Assembly: GCA_951406725.2 (NCBI GenBank)
Contig: OX597816.1
Location: 38,812,001-38,876,000 of the forward strand
Length of the DNA: 64,000 nucleotides
Direction: 5' to 3'
Source: Octopus vulgaris
Lineage: Eukaryota
Shown here: positions 1 to 12,799 of the stretch, in pieces
How positions within the stretch are numbered: position 1 is the stretch's first letter
How the letters are laid out: each line of letters opens with the position of its first letter
Notes under the pieces: model-generated
Databases searched by the model: none
Told to the model about the DNA's origin: nothing
Seen by the model: only the letters and a program-made list of their open reading frames with translations
Position numbers and translations under genes: made by a program

Positions 1-304
1 TAAGGGTATTGAAACAATAATTTTTAAATGTTGTTTTGTAGATAATATCAAGTTATATTCAGTGTTGTATTCATTCTTTGATGATAGAATAAGTTGAGTG
101 TCTTTCATTTGATATGGAAATTGTTTTACAGCTGGGTGCAGACATAACTGTGTCATTAAGGAACTTACTTCTCAACTACATAGTTCCAGTTTCAGTCTCA
201 CTATATGGTACCTTGATCAAGTGTCTTCTACTACAGCCCTGGGACAACCAAAGACTTATGAGTTGGTTTGGTTAACAGAAGCTAAACGAAGCCTTTTATG
301 AGTT

Positions 305-335
<31 letters not shown>

Positions 336-519
336 CTATGTATGTATGTATGTATGTGTGTGTGCGTGTGTGTATGTATGTGTGTATGTATGTATGTATT
401 CAATTACAAAGCTTCTGTCAGCCCAAGACTATAGATGAAGACACTTGCCCAAGATGCCACACAGTGGGACTGAACCTGTAACTGGGAAGCAAGCTTCCTA
501 ACCACACGACCAACTGAAA

Positions 520-2100
520 ATAATGGAAAAAGGAGAGATCCACACCAAATTCTGAAGGAAAGCAGCCAGTAGATATATGTATTTTCATTACAATTCAGCC
601 CGTCTACTCAGTACCAAAATAGGATATGCCAGAAATAAATTTACATGCATCCAGAGCAAGTGCAGCAGGACAGAGGACAAGGTGACCCACACAACATGCT
701 TCCTAGAAGTATTGAAAACCAATGGCTACCCTATATCCACTGTGAATCAGCTTACGTACCCATGACAACAAACATGCCAAATACACAGAAATCCCAGCAA
801 CACATGCTTCCTTATAATACCCCGTTTTAGCAAGAGGATAACTACAGCTGTCTGAAGAGCCATAAGGAGAGAAGGATTGGACATACAACTAGCACACTCC
901 AGCCCCTCTCTGAGAAAACACCTAGCAAAGAAACGAGCAAGGGACAGCAATCAGTGCACACTAACTAACTGCCCCAACCGTAACACAAACTTGTGCCAAT
1001 GGGTACATGTTGTATATCGAATACAATGTAACATCATCGTCATCATCATCGTTTAACGTCCATTCTCCGTGCTAGCATGGGTTGGACGGTTCGACTGGGG
1101 ATCTGGGAAGCCGGAAGGCTGCACCAGGCTCCAGTCTGATCTGGCAGTGTTTCTACAGCTGGATGCCCTTCCTAACGCCAACCATTCCGTGAGTGTAGTG
1201 GGTGCTTTTTATGTGCCAGGCGAGGCTGGCAATGGCCACGATTGGATTGGTGCTTTTTACATGCCATTGGCACGGAAGCCAGTCAAGGCGGCGCTGGCAT
1301 CGGCCACATTCGGATGGTGCTTTTTATGTGCCATCAGCACGGAAGACAGTCTAGGCGGTGCTGGCATCAGCCACGTTTGGATGGTGCTTTTTACGTGCTG
1401 CCGACACAGGGATCACAACTGCAGTTTCCATTGATTTTTGATGTTGGTGTACTTGACTCAATGGATCTCCTCAAGCACAGATGCAACAATTTCTATGTAG
1501 GTAGCACAACAAGGCCATTACACATTTGCATCAAAGAACATCTAAACAAATGAGCCTCCTCCTTCAGAAAACACGTAGACAGATGCCAGAACACCAACAA
1601 AAACATAACAGTCACAACTAAGGCCAGTGACAGAAATTTAGGAAATTTAAGAATTAAGGAGGCTATCCTCATAGATAGACTAGGGCCCTAAATTAACCAC
1701 AGGTTAGAAATTAACACTCACTATTTAAGTTAACAACACTGACACCCTGCACACACAATGGTAACATGTGCATTTAATAAAACATTATAAAAAAATGCAC
1801 ATAAAATACATAACTTAGAAACATCGCTATGAATATGCCAACACACACGAGTCAAGATGTGACTACCCTCACACACTTCTCATGAGGAATTCTGGAAAGA
1901 ATTTCATGAGAACATTACAAGAACGCTTCCAACAGATTTCAGTAACCGTTAGAAGGATAAGAAAACCAACTATAACAGTAACGCCATTACTTCCTAGCAA
2001 TCTCTGAAGAAGGAATTTTTATATTCCAATTAAATTATTTCTAACTGTTATTATAGTCCACTCTGCATTGTTTTACCATTCCAGACACATTACATTTCAT
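520..2100 (+). mobile_element. Decayed Penelope-like retroelement (RT C-terminus, GIY-YIG endonuclease, 3' repeat), split by an RTE 3' fragment
   Basis: RKAASRYMYFHYNS...LKTNGYP (PLE RT C-terminal region), then VVYRIQCN / RCNNFYVGSTTRPLHICIKEH...LRIKEAILI (GIY-YIG), interrupted at about 1033-1477. Stops and frameshifts present. Confidence 0.85.
1033..1477 (-). mobile_element. RTE LINE 3' UTR fragment inserted in the Penelope GIY-YIG region
   Basis: (GAT)n tail and GGCGTTAGGAAGGGCATCCAGCTGTAGAAAC motif shared with the RTE 3' ends at 22341-23680 and 29083-29901. Confidence 0.85.
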
Positions 2101-2112
2101 ACATATATATAT

Positions 2113-2520
2113 GTGCGCAAATTCGATGACTGGGACCCTTGCCAGTGGAGTGCTAAGAGCACCATCCGAGCGGGATCGCTGCCAGAGTAGCTGACTGGCT
2201 TCTGTGCCAGTGGCACGTAAAAAGCACCATTCAAACGTGATCATTACCAGCATTGCCCTACTGGTACTTATGCTAGTGGTACATGAAAAACATTCGAGCG
2301 AGGTCGTTGCCAGTGCCGCTGGACCGGCCCTCGTGCTGGTGGCACGTAAAAGCACCCGCTACGCTCTCAGAGTGGTTGGCATTGGGAAAGGCATCCAGCT
2401 GTAGAAACTCTGCCAGATCAGATTGGAGCCTGGTGCAGCCATCTGGTTTGCCAGTCCTCAGTCAAAATCGTCCAACCCATGCTAGCATGAAAAGTGGACG
2501 TTAAACGATGATGATGATGT
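2113..2520 (+). mobile_element. RTE LINE 3' UTR fragment
   Basis: GGCACGTAAAAAGCACC modules, conserved 3' block and (GAT)n tail. Confidence 0.8.
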
Positions 2521-2703
2521 ATGTATATGTATGTGTGTGTATGTGAGTTGGTATCCTTTTCTTGTGACATATCCTTTTCTTGTGATATCTAGCTGGGGAG
2601 AATGTTACCTTACTTGAAAACAAGTGAAGACTGGCAACAGGAAGGACATCTGGCTGTAGAAAATCTGCCTCCACAAATTTCATCCTATACTCTTTTTTTT
2701 TTT

Positions 2704-3090
2704 CTCTTTTTACTTGTTTCAGTCATTTGACTGTGGCCATGCTGGAGCACCACCTTTTTAGTCAAGCAAATCGACCCCAGGACTTATTCTTTGTAAGCCT
2801 AGTACGTATTCTATCGGTCTCTTTGCCGAACCGCTATGTTACGGGGACGTAAACACACCAGCATCGGTTGTCAAGCGATGTTGGGCGGACAAACACAGAC
2901 ACACAAACATATACACATACATACATATATATATGACGGGCTTCTTTCAGTTTGCGTCTACCAAATCGACTCACAAGGCTTTGGTCGGCCCAACGCCATA
3001 GTAGAAGACACTTGCCCAAGGTGCCACGCAGTGGGATTGAACCCGGAACCATGTGGTTCGTAAGCAAGCTACTTACCACACAGCCACTCC
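2704..3090 (-). mobile_element. tRNA-derived CORE-type SINE (family A)
   Basis: On the minus strand: A-box TGGCTGTGTGG, B-box GGTTCAATCCC, CORE-like CCTTGGGCAAGTG, internal (TA)/(TG) microsatellite and AAAAGAG tail. Confidence 0.85.
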
Positions 3091-3559
3091 TATGCCAGTG
3101 GCACGTAAAAAGCACCATTCAAACGTGATCCTTACCAGCATCGCCCTACTGGTACTTGTGCTAGTGGTACATGAAAAACATTCGAGCGAGGTCGTTATAT
3201 TGAAAAAGTAAACATTAAAGCAATGATGACAATGGACAACAACGTCAGTGTTGTCTTTTCTATTGCTAACCGCCCAAAACTAAGGCTGGTGCAGGACTTA
3301 ATTATCTGTCAAAGAAAAACGAAGAAAGAAAAGTTTTTAGCACAAAACAGAGGAGGATGTAGAAAGGTCTAAATTCATGATCATCTTATTGTTATAGCTC
3401 ATGGTTTATTCCTTGCTTCCTCCAATTGTCTAGGATGTCATATAAACAAAAGTGATACAACAGAACCATGTAAAGTTCATGCTTATGGCTCTCTGTTGAC
3501 TAAGCCATAAAAACGGCGACCAATAGAAATACAGTTATATTGACAACATTGATAATGTA

Positions 3560-3900
3560 TATCCATATGTATAATATCATTACCACTACTACTAATACTA
3601 CTACCACCACCACCATTACTACTATTATCAATACCATCACTACTATCATCACCACTACCACTACTACTATTATCACTACCACCTCCACTGTTACAACTAC
3701 AACCACCACTACTACTTACTACTATTATCACCACAACATCACCACTGCTAACACCACCACAACCACTACTACTCCAACTACTACTATTATTATCATCACC
3801 ACTACTACCAGCATCACCACCACAACCACCAATACTACTATCACCACCACTATTACTACCACCAGCACCACCACTACCACCTCCACTACCATTACTATAT
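3560..3900. repeat. (ACT/ACC/ATC)n low-complexity trinucleotide tract
   Basis: Direct inspection. It is the source of the poly-T, poly-V and poly-S ORFs. Confidence 0.9.
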
Positions 3901-3908
3901 CTCCCATC

Positions 3909-4050
3909 ACCGAGGTCGACTTTGCCTTTCATCCTTTCGGGGTTGATAAATAAAGTACCAGTTATGTACTGGGGTCGATATAATCGACTTAATCCCTTTG
4001 TCCTTGTTTGTCCCCTCTATGTTTAGCCCCTTGTGGGCAGTAAAGAAATA
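3909..4050 (+). mobile_element. 5'-truncated SINE family B (Deu/Nin-like domain)
   Basis: GCCTTTCATCCTTTCGGGGTTGATAAATAAAGTACCAG core, shared with the copies at 20772 and 48744. Confidence 0.75.
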
Positions 4051-4684
4051 TATATCTCCCATCACCACCACACCACCACTACCCGGTTCCATTATTTAAA
4101 ATTCAGCTGTAGTGGTTAGAAGCTTTGTAATAAATAATGGTTAAGTAAACTATGTCATACTGCTTAAATCTTGATACTTTCACTGTAGCTCTTTTCTCCC
4201 AATATTCTCTCTGACATTATTTTTGTAGATAAATGTCAAAGTTTTGTTGGGACAGTCATTAAGCCAATAATAAACACACACTGGTTCTGTATCACTTCAT
4301 TTGTTAATTTATTGACATTTTACAAATTAACTCATCAACTATTTAACTAATTGTTCTGTTGATCAATCATGAAGAGAGGGCATATCATTGAAGAGGTGAT
4401 GGATGGTGACTAAAGGATGAAAGGTCAAGCCTAGTTGATTGAGTGAGTGACCAAGCAATTATCTTTAATCTTTTACTTGTTTCAGTCATTAGGCTGTGGC
4501 CATACTGGGCTCTACCTTGATGAACTTTTAGTCAAATGAAGCAACCTCAATACTTAATTTTGTTAAGCCTGGTACTTATTCTATCAGTCACTTATGCAGA
4601 ACCACAAAGTTACAGGGATGTAAACACACCAACACTGGTTGTCAAGCGGTGATGGCAAGGACAGACAGACAAACACACACATGC

Positions 4685-4704
<20 letters not shown>

Positions 4705-4716
<12 letters not shown>

Positions 4717-4865
4717 TTAGAGACAAAACCACTATTATGCAAATCAAACAAAGAAAGACTTAATCCAATACATAAAAAATTTTATATAAATTTTTTATGT
4801 ATTGGATTAAGTCTTTCTTTGTTTGATTTGCATAATAGTGGTTTTGTCTCTAATTAATATTATAT
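4705..4865. repeat. 161-bp near-perfect palindrome (probable fold-back Penelope-type 3' end) in a (TA)n tract
   Basis: Arms of about 80 bp are reverse complements around a TATAT centre. The arm resembles the repeat start at ~11790 that carries a hammerhead motif. Confidence 0.85.
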
Positions 4866-4924
4866 TATATTTTACTATAAAATTGGATTTATTCCCTAAT
4901 ATTTATTATTATATATATATATAT

Positions 4925-4967
<43 letters not shown>

Positions 4968-4972
<5 letters not shown>

Positions 4973-6120
4973 GATGAACATCAATGGAATTTGTATCTTT
5001 GTGATACCAGTACGGTGGCACACAAGAAAACCATCCGAACGTGGCGGTAGCCAGTACCGCATCGACTGGCCTCCGTGCTGTGGGCACATAAACACCATCC
5101 GCTCGTGGCTGTTCGCCAGCCTCATCTGGCACCTGTGTCGGTGGCACATAAAAACACCATCCGAAGACCCGGCAAGACTAGTCAGGCCATAACCGTGGCC
5201 CCTACCTGGGACGTAGTCAGTCCACCTGTGCATACCTTCTTTCCTTCTTGTGACACCTGTGAAGACCTGTTGAGGCAAGTGAAAATCAAATCAAAATAGA
5301 TGAACATCAATGGAATTTGTATCTTTGTGGTACCAGTGCCGGTGGCACACAAGAAAACTATCCAAACGTGGCGGTAGCCAGTACTGCATCGACTGGCCTC
5401 TGTGCTGTGGGCAAGTAACAAACACCATCCGATCGTGGCCGTTTCGCCAGCCTCATCTGGCACCTGTGTCGGTGGCACATAAAAACACCATCCAAAGACC
5501 CGGCAAGACTAGTCAGGCCATAACCCGTGGCCCCTACCTGGGACGTAGTCAGTCCACCTGTGCATACCTTCCTTCTTGTGACACTTGTGAAGACCTGTTG
5601 AGGCAAGTGAAAATCAAAATCAAATCAAAATAGATGAACATCAATGGAATTTGTATCTTTGTGGTACCAGTGCCGGTGGCACACAAGAAAACCATCTGAA
5701 CGTGGCCGTAGCCAGTACCGCATCGACTGGCCTCCGTGCTGCGGGCACGTAACAAACACCATCCGATCGTGGCCGTTCGCCAGCCTCATCTGGCACCTGT
5801 GTCGGTGGCACATAAAAACACCATCCGAGCGTGGCCGTCTGCCAGCCTCGTCTGGCACCTGTGTCGGTGGCACATAAAAAACACCATCCGAGCGTGGCCG
5901 TTCGCCAGCCTCGTCTGGCACCTGTGTCGGTGGCACATAAAATCACCCACTACACTCTCGGAGTGGTTGGCGTTAGGAAGGGCATCCAGCTGTAGAAACA
6001 CTGCCAGATCTGACTGGCCTGGTGCAGCCTTCGGACTCCCCAGACCCCAGTTGAACCGTCCAACCCATGCTAGCATGGAAAACGGACCTTAAATGAATGA
6101 TGATGATGATGATGATGATG
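4968..6120 (+). mobile_element. RTE LINE 3' UTR with a ~330-bp internal tandem triplication
   Basis: TAGATGAACATCAATGG recurs at 4971, 5297 and 5631. Ends in the conserved block and (GAT)n. Confidence 0.85.
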
Positions 6121-6144
6121 ATATATATATATATATACACATAT

Positions 6145-6520
6145 AGGCACAGGAGTGGCTGTGTGGTAAGTAGCTTGCTCACCAACCACATGGTTCCGGG
6201 TTCAGTCCCACTGCATGGCACCTTGGGCAAGTGTTTTCTACTGTAGCCTCGGGCTGACCGAAGCCTTCTGAATGTATTTGGTAGATGGAAACTGAAAGAA
6301 GCCTGTTATGTGTGTGTGTGTGTGTGTGTCCCCTCCCACCATTGCTTGACAACTGATGTTGGTGTGTTCACATCCCCCATAACCTAGCAGTTTGGCAAAA
6401 GAGACTGATAGAATAAGTACTAGACTTACAAAGAATAAGTCCTGGGGTTGATCTGTTCGACCAAAGGCGATGCTCCAGCATGGCTGCAGTCAAATGATTG
6501 AAACAAATAAAAGAAAAAGA
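6145..6520 (+). mobile_element. SINE family A
   Basis: A/B boxes, CORE-like block and CAAATGATTGAAACAA 3' end. Confidence 0.85.
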
Positions 6521-6874
6521 AAAACAAAATATATATGATGGGCTTCTTTCAGTTTCTGTCTACCAAATCCACTCACATGGCTTTGGTCGACCAGAATTTG
6601 AACTCAGAATGTAAAGATGGATGGAATGCTGCTCATTATTGTGCCCCACATGCTAACAATTCTGCCAGCTCACTGCCTTATCAGATTAACTAATAATAAA
6701 AGAAGTGAAACAGAACCAGTGTGTGTGTTTTTTTTTTCATCTTTGGTATATTGATCCTTCATGATACTAAAAAATCTGTTTCAATGCATGGTTCAGATCA
6801 AAAATCTTGCAAACGAAATATAGAAATGAAATGTTAATGTTTTCTTTAAACTTAATAATATTCTCTTGTTCTAG

Positions 6875-7631
6875 GTTCTGATGACCATTCTGTTTCTATA
6901 TGGCAATATCCAGGTGGTGAAAGGCTAATAGTGCCTCAACACAAATCAGTGAGTACTGTGAAATTGATGGATAACTTTGTTTATATGTCATTTTTTGATG
7001 GCATCATTCACAGCTGGGAAATCTCTCGAGGCCTACGGTCATCGTTCATTGGCCATGTTTCAGCTGTATACTGCATTGATGTTTGTGAAAGATTATCAAT
7101 TATGGTCACTGGTTCGGTTGACTTAACAATTAAAATATGGGACTTGCAGTCTAGTCAGTTGTTAACAACATTAATGGGACAACATGAATATTGGATAACT
7201 GAAACAAAAATTGTTCCATCAGAAGATCTGTCTTCGTATACACTAATTAGCAGTGATGACAGAGTTTGTTATATCAGAAGAATGAACTCAGAACATGAAC
7301 AAACACATATTGAAACTATTTCCTGTCCACATTATTCTATTATTCCTCATCTGCTAGTTGAAAATCATAGTCTTTTAAAGATCTGCTTCCAGTCTGATGA
7401 TTATGAAGATGATGATGAAGATACTCTAATCAAGGTTTATCAGTTTCAGCCAGAATTAAATATGGTTCAACGATATAAAATAACTAAAGCTGCCAAACCA
7501 ATTGAGCTACTTTTGGGGGTTGGCCAGAAACTGGCTATGATTATTTCTCGTGTAGACCAGTATTGGCTTCTTTCAATATTTGGACTACATACCAATGAAG
7601 TGCTTCTGGCAAAACCATTTCCAGCAATCAG
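6875..7631 (+). CDS. FBXW2: Internal coding exon of an F-box/WD40-repeat protein (FBXW2-like)
   Basis: Acceptor ttctcttgttctag|GT at 6874/6875 and donor AG|gtaagg at 7631/7632. Open frame (G)SDDHSVSIW...GHVSAVYCIDVCERLSIMVTGSVDLTIKIWDL...QHEYWIT contains WD40 repeats resembling FBXW2. Upstream exons (F-box) were not found in the window. Confidence 0.9.
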
Positions 7632-7726
7632 GTAAGGCTTTGTCATCTTTATTGTAAATTTTTTAGATTTCACTGTATTCTCTCTTCAAATGGCATTATT
7701 CTCACTTTCTTATTATCTGCTCCATA

Positions 7727-8155
7727 GGCACAGACATGGCTGTGTGGTTAAGAAGCTTGCTTCCCAACCATGTAGTCTTGGGTTCAGTCTCATTCCATTG
7801 CACCTTGGGCAAGAATCACCTACTATAGCCCTGGGCCAACCAAAGCCTTGTGAGTGGATTTGGTAGATGAAAACTGAAAAACAGCCCATTGTATGAGTGT
7901 GTGTGTGTTTGTGTGACTTTGTGTTTCTATTATGTTGGTCCTCCACCACCTTGACAACCAGTGCTGGTTTGTTTACTTCCCCATTACCTAGTGGCTTGGA
8001 AAAAGTGGCCAGTAGACTAAGTACCTGACTTACGAAAATAAGTACTGTGGTTGATTTATTTGACTGAACCCTTCAAGGTAGTGCCCCTTCAAGGTAGTGC
8101 CCCTTCAAGGCATGGCCACAATCCATTGACTGAAACAGATAAATGATAAAAGATA
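7727..8155 (+). mobile_element. SINE family A (older copy, intronic)
   Basis: Diverged match to family A. Confidence 0.75.
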
Positions 8156-8553
8156 AAATTACCTGACTTGTATCCCTAACATCAGCTGCCCTGTGACTAT
8201 GATATGTCTCTCGTCCATTTTTGCCATAGCATAAGCTATCCCGTGTCCTTACAATATCTCTTTTTCACTGTCTCTATAATTCAGCTACCCTGCATCACTA
8301 CAGTGTATGTTGTCCATTTTCAGAATCAGTATGAGCTGCCTTCTAAATTTCCAATATTTCCACTATATGTCAGTCATAATTTCTGTCTCATGTCTGCTGT
8401 CCCTGCAATGTGTATTGTATGAGCCCACATGTATTTACTGTACCTATTGGCTTCTATGTCTATCTGTTGACAGATAGATAAACAGAGAGAGTAGGGGAGA
8501 GAGAAGGAGTGGATGGATAATTAGGTAGATAGACAGACATACATATATACATA

Positions 8554-9075
8554 CCGTAAATCCTTGAGTATAGTCCACCCTTGAGAATAATATGCAGGGG
8601 ATTTTTAGGGGGCTGTATCTCTGAAAAACCTAAACCTTGTGTATAATACGCACCCCTTCTCTAACTTGAGTCATGCGTAATTAAACCAGCAGCACCTAGT
8701 CGAACAAACACTTCCGTGCATGCGTAATACAATAATGGTGATGTTCTTAACTGTTATATGGGAATGTAAATATGTTTGCAAATTGTTTTTGTTACATGTT
8801 ATTCTGTGTTCTGAATACTTTTATTTTATTAAATTTTCCTTGCTGCAAGTTATGGATCACTCTTTTATGACTTCATTGCTATCAAGCTTAGCTTAATGTA
8901 TTTTCGTGCCCGACATCACAAAATGCTTCTGAATAAACATTGCCAGACAGCAAATATAGACTCAGACATTACTTAGAAAATATTTTTCATTTTTAACCTC
9001 GTATATAGTACGTACTAGGGATTTTGACCATTAAATTTTGGGAAAAAAGTGCAGATTATACTCGAGGATTTACGG
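8554..9075. mobile_element. Non-autonomous Tc1/mariner/pogo-type MITE in the last intron of the FBXW2-like gene
   Basis: TIRs CCGTAAATCCT(T/C)GAGTATA at both ends, flanked by a TA duplication. Confidence 0.85.
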
Positions 9076-9445
9076 TATGTGTATATATTTATATATATAT
9101 ATATATGTAAACACTGTCCCCTGTTTTTAGAATGACCACCACCTGAACTAAATTCTATATATCATAATTATATATTTATGTTTCATATGGACAAATGAAT
9201 TGTATATTTGTGTGTGTGTATTTATATAATACATATTTTATATTTATGTATAGACTTTTATGTCATATTCAGATATATTCTATAGTTATATTATATATTT
9301 ATTATATATGATTATTTAATTTTTTGTATATATTCTAAATTCATAATTCATAATATATTATTTGTTCACATTTGTATGTTTGTGTTATATTTACAATTCA
9401 GCTTTATATGTATTCTATATTCTTTTGCTTGTATATTTTCTACAG

Positions 9446-9614
9446 ACTAACCATACCTGGTTCCTCAGTCACCTGTGGACCTTCAGAATGGTTGAATGGC
9501 TTTGACTCCAATCCTCCCCGTGGGTTACTTTTAGCTGCTACTCTTGAAGATAATAGCATATACATTCTCAGTTGGAAAGAAGGTTCCAGTAAACACTCAT
9601 CTAACAGAAAATGA
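9446..9614 (+). CDS. FBXW2: Terminal coding exon of the FBXW2-like gene
   Basis: Acceptor tattttctacag|A is phase-compatible with the previous exon (AG+A = Arg). It reads RLTIPGSSVTCGPSEWLNGFDSNPPRGLLLAATLEDNSIYILSWKEG...NRK-TGA, resembling the FBXW2 C-terminus as I recall it (GSSF..GE..WLNGLD...[20 protein letters not shown]). Confidence 0.88.
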
Positions 9615-9921
9615 AGAGACGTTCAGTTTTTCAGCTGAAGGAAATTATAGTTTGTAGTATTCTGATATTGGTTTCATATCATGTCAGAGGTAGAAGGATA
9701 TTTTCTACAACCTCATGGTAGCTGTTTCAGACGAGACAAAAAGGCAGAAAGATGGAATAAGAGTGACACAGATAATTTGGAACTGTCAGCGATTGTGATT
9801 TACTATTTGTAAAAGCATTTTCATAAGTTTCTCCTAAATATCCATGCTTGTTTTATGTTTCATTTTTGTATTTGAGACTCAAAACAGACCTTAAAGAGAG
9901 GGGGCATGTCATTGGTGAGGC

Positions 9922-9927
9922 AATAAA
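9922..9927 (+). terminator. Candidate polyadenylation signal (AATAAA) of the FBXW2-like gene
   Basis: AATAAA about 310 nt after the stop codon. Motif only, in AT-rich sequence. Confidence 0.3.
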
Positions 9928-9977
9928 TAGCAATGACAGGACTTTGACAAAAGTGATTGTTTAACCAGCACATTAAA

Positions 9978-10234
9978 CAAATGGTTTCATCCATTTTTTA
10001 CCTGTGATCCCCTTTTGATTCCTATCTTATACTAAGTCCCCATAACCATTCAGTGGATATATAAAAAAAAATCCTTCTGTATTTTTATAATAAAATATTA
10101 TTATGAATTGTATAAAAAAAAATTTAAATACTTTGTGCATTGTAAAAGTATAAGCAGTTTATTGCACATAAATTTAAAGAAAATATCTTATATGGATCCC
10201 CAAGGGCCATATGGGCCCCAGTTGAGAACCATTG
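9978..10234. mobile_element. Degenerate hAT-type MITE
   Basis: 3' end GGGCCCCAGTTGAGAACCATTG resembles CAGTGGTTCTCAA-type TIRs. The 5' TIR is degenerate. Confidence 0.4.
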
Positions 10235-11938
10235 AATTAGTTGATTAGATATCTAACCAACTGACTAACAATAAAGAAGTGATATTGAACCAGTGTGTGT
10301 TATTGTTATTGGTGTAATGACCCTCCCAAAACACAATACTTGTTTTACATGTTCTGAGTAATATAAAGCTTTCCTTTCATAAATTCCAAGTTATTCTGGT
10401 AGTTGAAAAAAAAATCAAGAATGTGTAACATATATGATGCATGGATGTCAAGGAAATATATTCTGTGTATCACATGTGATGCACAGGACAGGTAAAGTTT
10501 AATAATATTCTAGATGCTGTCTGCATTGTTCTACATTTATCATTGTTTTTTTACCACTTTATCAAGGAGGAAAGGGAAAACCCACTGACCTTTTGTTTTA
10601 TTCTGAGTCTCTGGGATGAAGATGAAGAAGGGAAGAGCTTATCTTCAAACAAAAGACCAGGTCCTCCAAGAGATTTTTCAAGGTCAAAGAAGACTGCATC
10701 GATTCGACTCAAATCTCCCCAAAGCACAAGAGGTTTTTTGGGGTGGGGAATTCGGGGAAGGGACTCATGAAATATTCCCAAGCACCCTCCTTCAAGTTCC
10801 AGGTCTTGAACCGATATACCTACAGAACCACCTACTTTCAGACTCTGCAATAGACTTAGCCAGAATTTAGCAACAGAATGAACTCTGTTAAAGGCACCCT
10901 ATGGGTCAGGTGTTGGAGTTCAACCACGCTGTGGCTAAAGTCTATCACTCAAAAACTTAGATTGCAAAGGACTGAAACAAATACCACAAGGCATCGAAAA
11001 CCCAATTTCACTAATCTGTCTCTCTACACTGCTACTTTAGTTTGTCGAACCCCAGAAACATGAAAAGTAAAATTGACCAAAGCAGGATTTGAGGATGCAA
11101 TGATCCAGAACAAATAACACAAGCATTTTATCCTACACCTTAATGACTCAGTTAATTCACTGCCAAATATATGTGTGTGTGTGTGTGTCCTGCCTATAAC
11201 TGATTGATTGAAGTAATGTGGTTATTAAGCTTTAATTTTATATTACTCAATGGATGAAGGTAGGGATTATAATTATGATTTAATTGAGTTGTTGCTGCTT
11301 AGTTATGTATTTAGGAAAGGTTGTAATTTACTTATGGAATTTATTTAGTGATATGGTTGTACATTGGGTAAATGTGTTTGAAAGTTGTGGTTTCTTTGGT
11401 TTGTTTATTCCGAAACAACACTTATTTTAGTGCTGTTGACACTGAGATTAAATGGTACTACCTAGGTGTTGAAACCATAATGATATCTGTGGGGCAGCTG
11501 ATGATGGGAATGCTGGATTGTTGGTATAGCTATTTTTATATATGTGGATTAGTATTATTGGATTGTTGGGATGGCTGTGGAATAGTATTATAACACATCC
11601 TTTTGATATATATATGAAATATATATTTATATAGGCATGGCTATGCCATAAGAAGTTTGCTTCCCAACCACTTGGTTTTGGGTTCACTCCCACTGCATGG
11701 CACCTTGAGCATGTGTTTACTATAGTCTCAGAACAACCAAAACCTAGTGAATGGACTTGGTAGATGAAATATATATATATATATATTATATAAATTAGAG
11801 ATAAAATCACTATTATGCAACTCAAACAGTGATAGACATAAACCAAAACATAAATAATAAATAAAATATAATTTTATAAAACATATAACTAGATCTCAAA
11901 AAGTATAAAAATGAATGATCAATATATAATAAGTAAAA

Positions 11939-12022
11939 AACTACGTACGTTTCATGGCTACAATTAGATTTGAATTACAATAAATTTAAATTCAATTTAA
12001 AATTATAGTCAATCTTCAGGTT
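11939..12022 (-). ncRNA. Minimal type-I hammerhead ribozyme motif (CUGAAGA core, long stem II) in a probable Penelope-type terminal repeat
   Basis: Minus strand: aac-CTGAAGA-t-tgactataatt...aattgtagcca-t-GAAAC-gtac-GTA-gtt. Confidence 0.7.
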
Positions 12023-12799
12023 AATGATAATAGTTAAATAAATAAGCAAATAGAGTTAAACAATATTTATTTAAAAAATAAAAAAAATAATAATTTTTCT
12101 TATAGAAAAAAGTCCATTAACTAAATTTGAGACTTAAAACATTAAGATTATTTCCTACAACACATTTATTATGTTAAATATTTAATATTTAAGGTAAAAA
12201 AAATAGATAGAAATATGTATTTATCTGTGAAGATATAATTTGGCTTAAAAAAACATTAATAAACCATCAAATATCTTTAACTCAGTTATACTCCAATATT
12301 TAATTACCAAATATTTTAACAAAATAATCACTATTAATATTGTTAGATTTTAGTTCGCATATAATAATTATAAAATAATAAATACATAAAAATAAGTATA
12401 AATTATAATCAACTAATATAATTAAAAATCTAAAATTTTCTTTATCAATTAAATAAGCTATACACCCTTTAGCTATTCATACAAATTTTAACATTTATCT
12501 GAACAGAAAATAGCCAGCAAAATTACTACACAACTTGTCACAAATGCAGGGTTCAAAATTCACATATATATTATCACATAACATAACTTATATTTTGTAC
12601 TCACCCAGATGTGACACAGAAATTATTTTAAAACTGACAAGCGAATTCCTAGAGCATAAAATAATTCCATAAATGCCTAACACAAAGCACAAAGTGCATA
12701 AACTAAACAGGCAATCACAGCTTCCAGAATCCAATTGAACCTTGTCTCACAGAAAAACTCATTTCTTTATTATAGGCATAAAGCCTTTTTATAGAAATT

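Noticed and set aside
2003-2030. CTGAAGA-a-GGAAT/ATTCC hammerhead half at the end of the first Penelope element
   Set aside because: GAAA and stem III are missing, so it is counted only as a remnant.
10551-10850. Minus-strand ORF containing DAVFFDLEK, similar to a LINE RT motif
   Set aside because: The flanking residues do not continue the RT motifs, so it cannot be assigned by eye.
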